A stretch of 64,000 nt of DNA from Lama glama (Eukaryota): NCBI GenBank assembly GCA_028534125.1, contig CM052832.1, positions 18,540,001-18,604,000 on the forward strand. The letters are read 5' to 3'. The translations under genes and the position numbers were made by a program. How positions within the stretch are numbered: position 1 is the stretch's first letter; each line of letters starts with the position of its first letter. Positions 1 to 13,479 of the stretch are shown piece by piece. Below the pieces are notes generated by a model. It ran no database searches. It saw only the letters and a program-made list of their open reading frames with translations, and was not told the origin of the DNA.

Positions 1-3000
1 TGAGAAAATTGTTAAACTTCCACAGAGGATTGAGCAGTTTGTGTATGACTGACATTCCAGCTGGGGAAAAACTTGAAAAGATCAGATAAAATATTATAAG
101 TATTCACTGAAAGGAATCAGACAGCAGCAGAAACCAATAAGACCAAAGACATCGGAAGCTTACATCTTGGAGAGGTGAGCTGACAATCCCTCCACTTCTT
201 CTCTGGGGCCTGAAAATTGGCAAAAGGCTGATAATCCAGGTTTGACCCTGGTAGAAGCCTGCTGCTCTGGACAGAGAAATTAGCCAACCATTTGGCAGTT
301 GCACAGGGCTAGCATGGCAAAATTTGAAATTAAGGGAATTTAAACACCAAGTCAGTTTCTCTCCTGGAGATGTTTGTTGAATTCTGAAGTTCAATAGGGT
401 AAGAGGCAAAAAAAAAAAAAATTAAGCTAAAAATCTGTAAGAAACATGGCAGAATTTCCCATACCATCTATGCTAAGGAAAGAAGATCTACCACGGCCTG
501 GAGGGACCCAGCTGAATATACTGAGCTCTCTACTTAACAACATGAAGGGCTATACCCAAGGAATGGGGATGGGGGATACCAGAGATAAACTGAGTCCTTT
601 CAAAATTGAAACCTAGTCTCTTCTCAGTTCATCCCCTGATTAAGTTAAAGTGATCACTTTCCTCCCCTCCAAATTTAACTATTAGAGAAAACAGTAAATC
701 TTTTCTGGCAAAATATAGTATATTCTAAAGTCTTTGTAGCTTCTTATTCACAATGTGCAGCATTAATAAAATTACTAGGCATGCCAAGGGACAGGACCAT
801 GTGACCAGTACCATAAAATGCCATTAGAAATAGTCCTACAACTGATACAGATATTAAAGTTATCAGGCAAGAAGTATCTATGATTAATAGACCCAAGAAA
901 CCAGGGGGAAAACTGAAGAAAATAGATGAAAGGGTAAACAATTTGACCAGCATTGAAATCTATTTAAAAAAATCAAATGAAAGTTCTAGAACTGAAAAAA
1001 AAAGTCTGAAATTAGATCTTAATAGATAGATAGGTTTAATGATAAATTAGCTACAGGAGAAGACAGGATTGGTAAACTAGAAAACATTAACAAAATCTAG
1101 GTTAAAGTATATATAGTAAAAGAATAGAAAAGAAAGAAAAGAAAGCAACAGAAACATGGAATTAATTGAAAAGGCTAATAAATCTGTTTAAGTCTCAGAA
1201 GGAAAGGAGAGATAAAATGTGACATAAACAATATTTTAACAGAAGGCCCCCCAAAACCCCAAAAGTAATGAAAGTTAGCAAACCACACATGCACACAGCT
1301 CTGTGAATTTCAACCACGATAAAATGTAAATTTAAAAAATTAATATATATAGTAAGAATGCTGAAAACCAAGAGCCAAAAATAACTAGAAAAATCTGAAA
1401 AGGAACCAGAGGGAAAAGACATCTTACTTGCAAGTAGCAATAGTAAGCCTGACATCTGACTTTTCAACAGAAACTATGAAAGCTAGAAGATAATGAAATA
1501 AGCTCTATAAACTGCTAAAAAGTAAATGCCAACCTAGAATTTTATGCCTAGTGAAAATATTCTTCAAAAATCAAAGCAAAATAAAAAAAGTTTTCAGACA
1601 AACAGGCAAACAGCGAAATTGCCACCAGATCTTCACTAAAAGAAATACTAAAAGGAAATTTTCAGCCAAAAATAAATTATCCCTGATGAAACCTGAAAAA
1701 CAAGACAGACTGAGGAGCAATAGTGGGGTAAATATGCATATAATTAAGAGACTATTGTCTTTAAAAACAGAGTACCTTGTGAGTTGAAATGCATATAGAT
1801 ATAAAAGGCACTAAGAAATGAAAATACAGGATGAAATAATGCAAAGAGAAGGAGGGAGATACATAGAGTTAAAAAAAGTTTTATTCCAGCATTATAGAGA
1901 ACATAGTAAAAGTATAAACTTCAGTGAAGAGTGCATGTTATAATATCTTCAGTGCTGAAAAAATAATGAAATAATGTCATAGAAGGAAAAATGAAATGAA
2001 AATGGATGACTCTAAAAGAAAGAAAAAGTACAATGAAAAAGAGGAAGTCAAATAGCAAATAATGAGCAGATAAATATAATCACAAGTATATCTGTAATTA
2101 TATTAAATTAATATAGATGAAATACTCCAAGTATCAAGATTGTCAAACTCAATAAAAAAGGAAATGCAGCTCTGTGGTGCAAATAAAAAACACATTAAAC
2201 ATGAGGATACATCAAGGATGAAATAAAAGAATGTGAAAAGGTATGCCAAACAAATATTAACCAAAAGAAATCTGGAATAACTATGTTAATCTTAGATAAA
2301 ATAGACTTTAATGCAAGGGGCATTACTAGAAATAAAGGGTGATATATCATAGTGGTAAAGAGAAAAATGTCAGAATTATACTTCTTTTGGAACCAAATCA
2401 TACAGCTTTAATTTATATTCATCATGAGTTGAGAGAATCCAAAGAACTAAGCAAATTTACAACGAAGAAAGAGACTTTCACACATCTCTTTCAATAGCTT
2501 ATACAAAAAAAGAGGTAGACAAGAGTAAGGATATGGATGATTACAACAACAGTTAACAAGTTGACCTGGTTGGCATACGTAGAACACTGCACTCAACAAG
2601 GAGAGAATTTACATTCTTTTCAATTGCCCATGGGACATTTTCTGAAATTAACAATATGATAGATCATAAAACAAGCTGCAGTTCATTTTAAGTGACTGAA
2701 ATCATTCAGAATATATTCTTTAATCATAATGAAATTAAGGTTACTACCAAAAGCAAAAGATAGGTAACTCCCATTGCTTTGAAATTAATGTTTAGGTAAA
2801 AGAGGAAATCATATTTGAAATTAGAAAATACTTCATAATTAAATTACAATGAAATATGACATTTCAAAGCATGTGGGATGTATTTAAAATCATGTCCATG
2901 AGAAATGTATATCTTTAAACATATATATTGAAAGACAATTAAGTCTTAAAATCAATAATCATGTTTATATCTCAAGTAGGGGAAAAGTAGCAAATTAAAC

Positions 3001-3290
3001 CCAAAGAAAGTAGAAAAGAAATTATGAAGATTAGGGCCAAAAATGATACATAAAACCAACAATATCAAAGTTGCTTCTTTGAAAACTAGTAAAATTAATG
3101 AAATAAAGAAGATTAATGAAGAAAAATAAAGGGAAAAATTATCAGTATAAGCAATGGAAAAAGTGCATTGTGGTAAGTCTTAGCTCATAATAAAGAAAAT
3201 AACAGAATATTATAAACAACTTCATTCCAATAAATCTGACAATTTAAATGAAAAGTTCCTCAATACACACAGTCATAAAATAAAATTAAA
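1..3290 (+). mobile_element. Old degenerate LINE-1 (5' region, ORF1 and start of ORF2 remnants) in an SLC17A1 intron
   Basis: A-rich sequence with L1 ORF1 motifs (GACTTTTCAACAGAAACTATGAAAGCTAGAAG, AACCTAGAATTTTATGCC) and ORF2 endonuclease-region motifs (ATCTTAGATAAAATAGACTTT, GAATTTACATTCTTTTCAA). Many stops; boundaries approximate. Confidence 0.8.
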
Positions 3291-3510
3291 AAAATTTTTT
3301 ATAGGGGAAGGGGTTTATGAAGGCAAAATGACAAGGGCTCACAAAGTTATAAGTAGCCATGTTCTCACCAAAATCCCAGGAATTCTATTGCTAAAATGAA
3401 AAGGGCAACAATAATTACTGGGGACAATTGACAGTTTCTGCCCCAGTCTGCACCTGTGGCTGCTTATAAGCATAAATGTTCTTCTTCACACATTAAAAGA
3501 CACTCTTCAT

Positions 3511-3645
3511 GTCATTCTAAGTGAAGTAAGCCAGAAAGAGAAAGAAAAATACCATATGAGATTGCTCATATGTGGAATCTAAAAAAAGAACATAAATACA
3601 AAACAAAAACAGACTCACGGACATAGAATACAAACTTGTGGTTGC
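3511..3645 (+). mobile_element. Younger L1 3'-end fragment running into an assembly gap
   Basis: CTAAGTGAAGTAAGCCAGAAAGAGAAAGAAAAATACCATATG...ACAGACTCACGGACATAGAATACAAACTTGTGGTTGC is a typical L1 3' UTR. Confidence 0.85.
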
Positions 3646-3745
3646 NNNNNNNNNNNNNNNNNNNNNNNNNNNNNNNNNNNNNNNNNNNNNNNNNNNNNNN
3701 NNNNNNNNNNNNNNNNNNNNNNNNNNNNNNNNNNNNNNNNNNNNN
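3646..3745. other. Assembly gap (100 N)
   Basis: Run of N. Confidence 1.
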
Positions 3746-4522
3746 GTAAGAATGGAAGACCCAAAGAAATAAAAGACGTAACAAAACAAACAGAAAGCCG
3801 CCACTCTCATAAAAGGGAAAAGGTAAAAACACAGGACCTTTAATGGTGAAATCTGTTGGGCAGGAAAGGCAAAGACTCCCTGTCCTGGAGAGAAATAATT
3901 TCTTGATCAGACACGGGATTCTGCTCCCCAAAATGCACTTCCTTATTCTTTACAGCTGATGGATTTGACCCATAGTTTATCTATTATTCTATGTGGCTTC
4001 CCTACTTTTGTAGCTTACCTTCTGCTGAGGTTGGTTTTGGCACTCAGGACTGGCCAGTCACAGTGGCTTGTAAACAAGTTTCTGATTTCCTTGCCTGAAT
4101 AATGGGAGAAATCACTGGGGCCAGTAGTTCTGGGACTGTGAGAATAGACCAGGTGAACAGAGTCCTTCAATTTTGTGTTAATCCCAAACTAGTTCCTATT
4201 ATCAATACACATCACCTTTGGAACTTCTCAACTGTATTCATAGATTTTCTAACTCTGCTGGCTTTCACTCTAATATGATCTCATTTTCTCAATATATTGA
4301 TATTCTTTATTGATATTCTAAAGCCAACCTTTCTGACTCTGTGGTGCAACCAGAAATTTACTTATATCCATATGTTTTTTCAGACATTTTAATGGAATTT
4401 GAGTAGGGGGAAAGGGAAATTTAGGAAAGCAAATCAAACCTCTCTTAAACCTCATTTCACTAGGTTTTTCCTGCAGCATTTGTATTACTTTGCATCTGTG
4501 TGTTATCATTCATTTTTTATAG

Positions 4523-4613
4523 ATACTATGGATTTCTTAAAGGAGTTACAAATTTAGTTGGAATGACAGGAGCACTAATTTCTACCACTCTGACTGGAAT
4601 GATTCTTAGTCAG
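4523..4613 (+). CDS. SLC17A1: SLC17A1 (NPT1) penultimate coding exon, 91 bp: (R)YYGFLKGVTNLVGMTGALISTTLTGMILSQ
   Basis: tttttatAG acceptor and CAG|GTAAGG donor. Peptide resembles NPT1 TM11. Same size and phase as the paralogous SLC17A4 exon at 19537-19627. Confidence 0.9.
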
Positions 4614-6619
4614 GTAAGGAACATCCAGACATGGGTAGTTATTTTTCTAATATTAATTGTACAGAAAAAGAGGATAATTCAGACCAAAAAAATGCAGTGA
4701 AGACATTGGCAAGAGGTGAGTTATGAGTTTTTGTGTCACATTAAGCTTGGTCAAATCAGGCATTTCCTCCAAACTTACAGATAATACAATTTCTTTCTTG
4801 TTGTATGTCAATTAATTGTACTGGTAACTCTTTAATCATTGATTATTGAAACAAAAGTGGACCTCTGTGATTTTTTAACAATGAATGTGTGCCTTGATCA
4901 AAACAGGTCATTGACTGGACCAGTGGTAATATAAGTTACAAGATACAGTTTTGTTAGGAAAGGAATGACCAATCAGGAACAAATAGATTTTAAAAATGAC
5001 TAAAAAATACAATTCTATAAAGGCCGACTTCTGTTTCTATGGACAAGGTTATCTGAAATTCTCCTCCTAAGAATACTTAGAATGCCTTATTTGGTGCTAA
5101 AGGAAAATAAATACTAGTCTAGAATTCTATAATCTATCAAAAAATTCATCATCAAAAATTAAGTTTAAGTTCATCCACTTTCACACAAAAACAGAGAATC
5201 CAGCAAAAGTAGACTAGCACTGAGAGAAAAACAAAAGTTAGTTTTTTTAGGGAGAAATAAAATTATCCCATATGGTAGCTTGGAGATGCAGAAAGGAAAA
5301 GAAGCAACAGAAATAATAAATATGTGGATGATTCTAAAGGAATATTGTGTAAATTGGTAGTATCATGTAAAGAAACCGCAGTTCCCAAAGCTGCTTGCCT
5401 AGTGGAGGCAAAACCAAGATGGTTACCCAGGTGGTAATTGGAAACATGTCCACATTTCTCAGCCATCACATTTGTTCTGGCTTTTCTTCTTAAGCCACAG
5501 GCAATTTACTCATTAACCATTAATACTAAGTTTCATTATTATTTGTTAGATTGGTTTGTCTTTGGCCAGGATTGTTGTTATGATGTCTCTGTTCCAATAC
5601 ATCTGAACATGCTTTCTCCAACACACTATATACAAATGACTGTGCAATCTTTGCCAACATAATTTGATAAATTCTGTGGTCCCAGATCTAATAATATATT
5701 TTCAGATAAGTTTAAATACCTTATCAAATTTTAACAATCATGTTAAATGCATGCTTATCTTGGAAAAAAAAAAAGTAAGGGGAATGTTCAGAGGTGGAAA
5801 ATGAAGGAAGAGCTTGATTCCAGAGAGGTAAATGACCATCAAAGCCACTGGCTGCCTTGGAGAAATTGCCCATCCTGGGTGGTCTATAGCTTCAGATGCA
5901 GTGGACGAACAGAGGGTAAGAGGTAATATCCCAAAACCACTTATAAAAGAAGAGTCAGAATGAAAATACTGGTATAAATCTGTAATCCCTAAGGACTACA
6001 ACCACACACCACTACTACCATGTAACTCATATATAAACTTGGGTTTCTTTGTAGGAAAACCTAGAAGCTGAGAAGTAGCAGTGTGCAGGCAGTTCCTCCA
6101 AATGCTCCTTATCCCGTGACTTTAGCCAAGGAGAGATAATTTGCATTCACCATGGCCATATTTCCCATAGAGAAGAACCCTCCACCATCATGTGCTTTGG
6201 ACTTATCGTATCAGAAAGGCCAGAAACATCACTACAACCACAGAAGCTCTCTGATCAGAGAGGTAGAGTCACTTGAAAAGGAGAACTGTAGGAAACAAGA
6301 ATGTGTTTTCTCCTCTGAGCATGGAGCCCACTCAGCCTGTCCTTCCACTGAACTCAGTCAGACCTGCTGAGCTGACTCCCCCGAAACGTGGCTCCAGAAC
6401 TGTCTGAAGTTATCTCTGTCCAGTGAGGAAACTTGCCTTTCTCAGCTTCAGCTACAAAGGGAAAGAAGAAATTGAATAAAGACTCTACTGACCATATGAA
6501 ACAATAAGCCAATTTTCACAAGAGTCTATGGCCCAAATTCAAACTCTGTTGGCTCCAAATGCCATAAGCCAAAAATTGAAATAATGTGGCATGTGAGAGG
6601 AGAATAAAACCCACAGGAT

Positions 6620-8950
6620 CAGATCCTCAGAGCCAACCCATCATAAAGCTATTAACAAAATGAAAGCTGCTGTAGCTCAAGGGAGACATTAAGGCACAAA
6701 TGAGATGTGGAGATGAGGATAGCCCCTTCATAAAGATGCATGATTCAATTCGATAGGAAGAGATGACAATTATAAATTTGTATACACATAAAATACAGTA
6801 TCATCTTACATAATAATAACAGAACTGCTGGAACCAAGGACAAAAGCATAGTTATGGTGAAAGATAACTATTTCTAATAATTGTTGCAGCAAAGAGAAAA
6901 AAACCTATAGAAATATAAAACTGTTGAACAACACAGTTAATATTCCGACATATATAGAACATCCCACTCAACAACCACAGAATCCTTATTCCTTTCAAGG
7001 TTGCCTGGAACATTCACAAAAACTGACTACATACTGTGTCACTAAGTGAATTTTAGCAATTGTAACAGGACTGGAATTACACATAATATATCCTCCAATT
7101 ATAATTAAAATATGACAGAAATCAGAGACAAAAAAAGATAATTAGAAAAACCCACGCATATTTTGAAAATAAATACATTTCAGATTTTCAGCTGCTTATG
7201 TTGACAAGTTCAGTGGTTTGGCTCAGTTCTCCCACTGAAAACAAACAAAAAATTAGATTCCAAAAGTTCAATATTCTAGACTATGTTCCATGCCAAAGTA
7301 CAATAGCATCAGAAATTAATAGCAACAGGGTATCTAAAATGATTGCATATGTTTATAAACTAAACACCGTAATAACAAATTATTAGGTTTAAGAGAATAT
7401 CGTAAGGGAATTCACTAATACTTAAAACTAGATGACAATGAAATTGTTACATGGGCAAATATATTGGACACTAAGTGTAATTTATAGTCTTAAGTTTTTT
7501 TATAAAAGACAAGAAAAAACATCTAAAACTAAATATGCTAGGTATTCAACTCCAGAAATTGGGAAAAAATGCAAACCCAAAGAATAAGGATTAATATAAT
7601 AAGAGTAAAAGTAGAAATCAATTCCATAGTTAATAAAATAGTACTGAAGGTACACAAAACCTAAAACTGGTCATTTGAAAATATTAATAGGACAGATAGA
7701 CTTTCTGGAACAAGATAAAAGAGAGAAGATTCAAATAAAGAAAATACTAAATGAGAAAGAAAGTTTTTCAAAGATGACATAGATTAAAAGCTAAGGATAT
7801 TCAGAACAACCCTATGCCAAAAAATTGGCTGAATGCGTTCCTAAAAATATAGAATTTACCAAAATTGCTCAAAAAAAATAAAGACCTTGAATGGACCAAT
7901 AAAAATTAAAGACACTGAAATAGTATTCAAACATCTCCTTATCTCCCAAAAGACTAACTCAGGCCTAGTTTGCGTTCCAGCTGTTATACCAAATTTTCAA
8001 TGAACAATTTTACCCTATCCTATACTATTTATGCCAAAAATTTAAAAAAAAATTCTGAAAGAAATTGAGGCTAGTATAATCTTAATTCCAGAATCAGCAG
8101 AATTAGATAATAACAATGGAAGAAAAGAAAATTTTAGGTCTGTATTACTTATGAACTTAGATGCAAAAGTCCTAAAGAAATTATTAGTTAGCCAAAGCCA
8201 AACATATATGAAAAAACAATGCATTATGACAAGATAGATTTTATCTTGGTAAGGAAAATATGGTTTAACATAAGAAAGTTTGCCAGTGTAACTCATCACA
8301 TGAGATCAATGGGGAAAAACAAAACTTACATGATTATCTCAACTGGTGCAGAACATTCCAATAGCTACGTATGATTTTTTTTAATCCTATTAGCAACCAG
8401 GGAGGGGATGGAACTTCCTTAATTTGTAAATTTTTATGTACCAAAATACATAGATTATTTTTGCACAATTAAGAAACTTGAGATGTCGTCCCTTTAAGGT
8501 GACAAATGAGAAAAGGACGCTCATATCTACAACTATTTATCAACTTTTTAACATTGTACTGGCGCTCCTGGATACTGTTTTAAACGGAAATAAAAAGAGA
8601 TTTAAGAGTCAGGAAGACTAAAATAAAGCTTCAATTTCCCAATGCTTCTATAATTATTTACTTAGGAAAACCAACAAAATCAATAAAAAATTAAAAATAT
8701 ATAAAGTAAATAAGAATAGAGCTTAGTAAGTTTGCTCAAAACAAAATCAACATACTTAAATAATAGCATTTATAGACACCAGAAATTAAATAAGATACTA
8801 TTCACAGTAGTAACAAAAGTTATAAGTATCTTGGAATTAATGCAACCAAAAATATGCAAGATCATAATGGAGAAATTTTTTTAAATTCCTGACTTTATAA
8901 AATGCTGTTACTAATACAACATGTAGACTTATAAATAAGAACAAAATAGA
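6620..8950 (+). mobile_element. Old L1 ORF2 remnants
   Basis: Degenerate ORF2 motifs (GGAACATTCACAAAAACTGAC, TTATGAACTTAGATGCAAAAGTCCTAAA, ATGATTATCTCAACTGGTGCAGAA). Boundaries approximate. Confidence 0.75.
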
Positions 8951-9089
8951 GCTAAAGTATAAGAAAAAATAGTGTACGTAATCTGGGAGAGACTGATGGC
9001 AAATCCAAGTATTCTTTTTTAAAAATGCATCAAAGTATCCTTTTTTAAAAAATGAATTCAGAGACTATAGAATTCTTCAACTTTATTTT

Positions 9090-9300
9090 AAAAAATTTTT
9101 CTTTTTATTGTGGTCAAAAAAATAACGAAAATGTACTCTCTTAACAATTTTAAGTGTACCTTACAATATTGTGTAGGTAGTATTGTTAACTACATGCACA
9201 TTGTTGTATAATAGATCTTTAGAACTTTGTCCTCCTGCATGACTGAAGCTCTATACCCACTGAACAACAACTCCCTGGTTCTCCGCCTCCTGGACCCTGT
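9090..9300 (-). mobile_element. L1M 3'-end fragment, antisense
   Basis: T-rich tail followed by TTTTAAGTGTAC...ATTGTTGTATAATAGATCTTTAGAACTT. Confidence 0.7.
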
Positions 9301-11724
9301 AATTTTTTTTTAAATATAAAGATTAGTATTAAATTTTTTGGTATGTGTGTTAAAATAACAAGTAAGTGTAACCATTAAAAATAGATATAGAGTGTGTCTC
9401 AAATCAGGAGAGAGAGGAAGACATGGAATTAAAAAAAAGCAAAAGTAAAAATCCCTCAATGTGAAAGAAGGGTAAGACATGGGATGGGGGGGTAGGGGGT
9501 AGGCATAAAGGTAGAAAATAGGACAAATTGAAAGCATGAAGAGAGATGGTAGCAATAAATCCAAACATACCAGAGATCACAATAAATATAGATAGACTAA
9601 ACTGCAGTTAAAGGACAAAGTTTGTAAGACTGGTTTAAAAACAAAAGCCATTCATGTGCTATTTATATATAAAATACATACCTAAAATAAAGACATGGAA
9701 ACATTTAAAGTTGTAAGGACAGCATAAAAAATGAAGTAAACATTAACCAAAGAAAGATAGTATTATTATATTGTCAGGAAAAAAAAGTTTCCTTTAAGTA
9801 AAAGTACTAGATACAATGAGAATCGGCTACTTAGGGGCTTACAGTATGCATTTCTCTGGCAAAACTATCTTGTTCAACTCTTAACTCAGCTACTTACAAG
9901 CTGTGTTATCAGAAACATTTCTTAATTTAAGCCTCAGTGTCTCCAGCTGGCTAAGATGACACAGAATGGGGCTAAGGCAATTATCAAATTAGATAATGCA
10001 TATGAGTGTCAGATGTTTGTGTTCAATGCATAACAGCTATTAGTATTTTTATTCTTATATCCTTTTAAATCAGGAAAAATAGAACTATGTTTTCTATCCT
10101 ATTGTTTAGCATTCTGAAAGAGGTTAGCAAACACAACTGTCAAGAATATACAATGTAAATGCAGAAGAAAAATGTTATGTACAGAGAATGTGATTGTCTT
10201 CCTAGGGGGGAAATAACCCCAAAGTTAGGTAGCATGCTGTGGAAAAATCTAAAGCATCATATCTACCAATATTGCAAAATACCTATGGGTATTTTGAAAA
10301 CTGTGCAAAGTCCATATGAAGAAAACTGTGCACTTATTGAGCAACATCAGTGAAAATATGAGAAAAGAGAGGAATATTAAGTTTCTAGGAGACTTCAATT
10401 CCAAATTACAATGAATTTCTATTAAAATTATCACAGGCTTTATTATTTATCATTAAATTTCTAAGCACATCTTGATTTTTTTCCCTTCACTTTCTTTTTG
10501 CCTATTACCTGTCAAATTTGGCATGTTTTAATTATAGAAATCACTATAATTAAATATATTTAATGTCTAATTTGGCAGGAAAAATACAGTTTTATTTTTT
10601 CAATGTCTACTCTTAATTATGTTTTAAATGAAACTGAAGATGATTTGGTCAAGTTCTGAAAAAAAAATGCATTTTGTATAATAAAGTTTCACTTCAAACC
10701 AGAAAGGATGGATTTTTTTTTAAAACATAGTAGCAAACCACTTGTAGAAAAATACAGTTACAGTATGTTCTCATATTTACCCCCAAGTTAATTCTAGATG
10801 ATTATAATGTAAATGAAGAAAGGAAACAATAACTATACTAAAGTAAAATAGAAGTTAATAATTATTTGAACTTTAAGCAGGACATCCTTCAAAAGCATGA
10901 CCCAGAAACCAAAACCCCAATCACGATGCCTTACACATTTAATTACATAAAACTTAACCTCAGCTGATTAAAAGGTACAGGGCAAAATGGTAAAGCAAAT
11001 CTGAAACATAACAGAAATTTCACCTTTGACTGTGGATGCAGAAAATACATTACCTGTGCATAGAATCCACCAACATCTTAAAATATATATGACATCAGGA
11101 TTGTGTAGACCATTTTCTATGAAAGTAAAAATGGCTCTATTTATTAATAGAAGTCTATTAATGAAATTGATCATATTAATAGGCTGAAAAAGAAAATGTG
11201 TCAACCATTTTCATAAATAAGGAGAAGGTATTTGATAAATTTTATTCCAAAGCATTGCTGTGTATGTAATTAACCACCAAGGTATTCAAATTTGTAGCAG
11301 CAAAAAAAGTGAAACCCGGCTTAAATATAAAGAAACAAGGGGTGCTTTTATAAATTTTATAAATCTAAGTTCTGGATTGCTAATCAGTAATGGTTATGAT
11401 ACAGTCATATATTTCCTAATATGCAAACATGTTTATGAGATGTTTCCAAATGAAAAACCATATGCATTCTTGGCTTTAATACTGTGTATATATAATGTCA
11501 TTTTTATACATGAAAAGTTATATGTATATAGGCATAGATAAAAATGTAGAAAGACAAATAGTGATTATCTTTGTAAAGTGAAATTATGACATCTTTTGTT
11601 CCTTATGAGAATGTATAAGTGAACTGCATTGAGGCTGTATTAATTTTAATATTATATTTTAAATGCTACAAAACACAACAACAAGACCAATAACTTATAA
11701 TTACTTTGCACTTTAATTTCTCAG

Positions 11725-11859
11725 GCTTCAGAATCTTCCTGGCTTAAAATCTTCTCGCTGATGTCATCCCTTAATGTGATAAGCCTAATTTTCTACATTA
11801 TATTCGCTAAAGCAGAAATTCAGGACTGGGCTAAAGAAAGACAAACCACGTATCTCTGA
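11725..11859 (+). CDS. SLC17A1: SLC17A1 last coding exon, 135 bp: ASESSWLKIFSLMSSLNVISLIFYIIFAKAEIQDWAKERQTTYL*
   Basis: tttctcAG acceptor. AEIQDWAKE motif characteristic of NPT1. TGA at 11857-11859, followed 2 nt later by an AG|GTAAGA donor. Confidence 0.92.
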   Translation, partial: ASESSWLKIFSLMSSLNVISLIFYIIFAKAEIQDWAKERQTTYL

Positions 11860-11869
11860 AGGTAAGAAG

Positions 11870-12370
11870 TGGTCAGATTAAAGACAGATTTTGAAACTGG
11901 GGATACAGGAGAGAGAGGAATTGAAGGTGGCCCCTGAGCAAACTGTGGTGCTGCTGACTGAGATGGGAAAAAATAAGGGGTGCAGGTTTGGGGCAGAAGA
12001 GGGGACCATATAAAGTCTGAAACTATTTGACATCCTGATAGAGATTGGCATGCAGCCCAGCAGATGCACTGCTCTAGACTTCTGGGGAGCTATTGGGGCT
12101 AGAGGTATAAAGTTGTGAGTCTAGGCCTCTTTAACGTTTAAAAGTGAGGAAGAAAAGGGGAAGGTTGCAAGGGAAACTGGGAAGGGCCTTTGGTGAAGTG
12201 GGAAGAACAGTGGTATCTCAGAAGAAAAGTGTAAAAGATGGGAATGAGTACCTGTGGCAAATATTATCAAGGGGTAAAATCACATAAGGTCTGAGAATTT
12301 ACTGATGGGTTTGGCAAGAGTTACCTTAAAGGTGATCCTGACTAGAATGGTTTTCAAGTGAATGATGGAG
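11870..12370 (+). mobile_element. L2 LINE remnant
   Basis: Purine-rich L2 3'-type text (ACTGAGATGGGAAAA...GCAGGTTTGGGG, GGGCTAGAGGTATAAAGTTGTGAGTC). Confidence 0.6.
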
Positions 12371-13479
12371 ACAAAGGGTTCAAAGGAAAATCTGATGTTG
12401 TGCCTTTCTTCTCCAAACTCTATCAGTGGTAAATAAACAGTAGGAGAAATGTCTCTCTATAGAATTAGTTCAGCTAATACATAAATAAGAATTGATAGAT
12501 GTGAAACATCCCCATTTTGCAAACCCCCGTGAATTAAGAGATGCAGACATTGTGTACATCCACAGCTGTTAACATCACAAAAACACGTAGAGACACTGTG
12601 TGCATCCTGATGAAAGAACACACCGCCACCAAGGTCTTGCTAAGAAAATCAAACTGAATGTGATTAAGCCTCTGCATATAGCTACTGTTTGGTAACAAAT
12701 ACAGAGAATAGGTTAAACTAAATCCTAAGAGTATCATCAGCAACTCCAAACCTTGGAAATATTTACAGTCAAAAGACTCAGATTCTTTAACAAATTAATT
12801 ATAAGGAAAAAGAAAAGCAGTGGAGGGGGTCATTTCATTTAGTATATGTTTCTTACAAAGGGTAGATAGTTGGGTTCAGTGATTTTACCCACTCTCAGAG
12901 TTGTCTATGTTCCATGAGCATAACCCAATTGTGTTTATTATAATTACAAGTATACTTCATTTTTTTCTGTCATTTTATGTTATATTCCCTTAAGAAAGCT
13001 CCTCCTCCTGCCCCCTTGCCTGCCTCTAGTAATTCAGAAGGTTTAGGGAATATTAAAGTTTGAGTTGTGCTTACACTCTTAATTAAATCTTCTTTGAAAA
13101 TATACTCATTTTCCATTAGCATGCTATATTCTTTATCTGCCTTCTTTTCCCTTCCAAAATGCCTAACATATTTGACTTTTCTAATTACTTTTCTTTGGCT
13201 AGGACCAATTCTCCCTGAGCTTGTAATTTTTCAAACATGGTTTACGTAGAATTTCTTCAATTTTCTTGTTTACCTGGTCGCTGTTTCCACCTTCCCATCA
13301 GGCTGGGGCTAAAAGTTTAAATTCAAAGTTGGTTTCTTTTTGGATTTTGTGACTCTATTGTATGCTTTTAACTTGTGGTTACCCTGTTTTTTCTAGTATA
13401 TTAACCCATTACTATATCTGTTTACTTTAAGCTGATAGTCATATAAGCTCAAACATATCCTAAAAAGAACAAAAATAGT

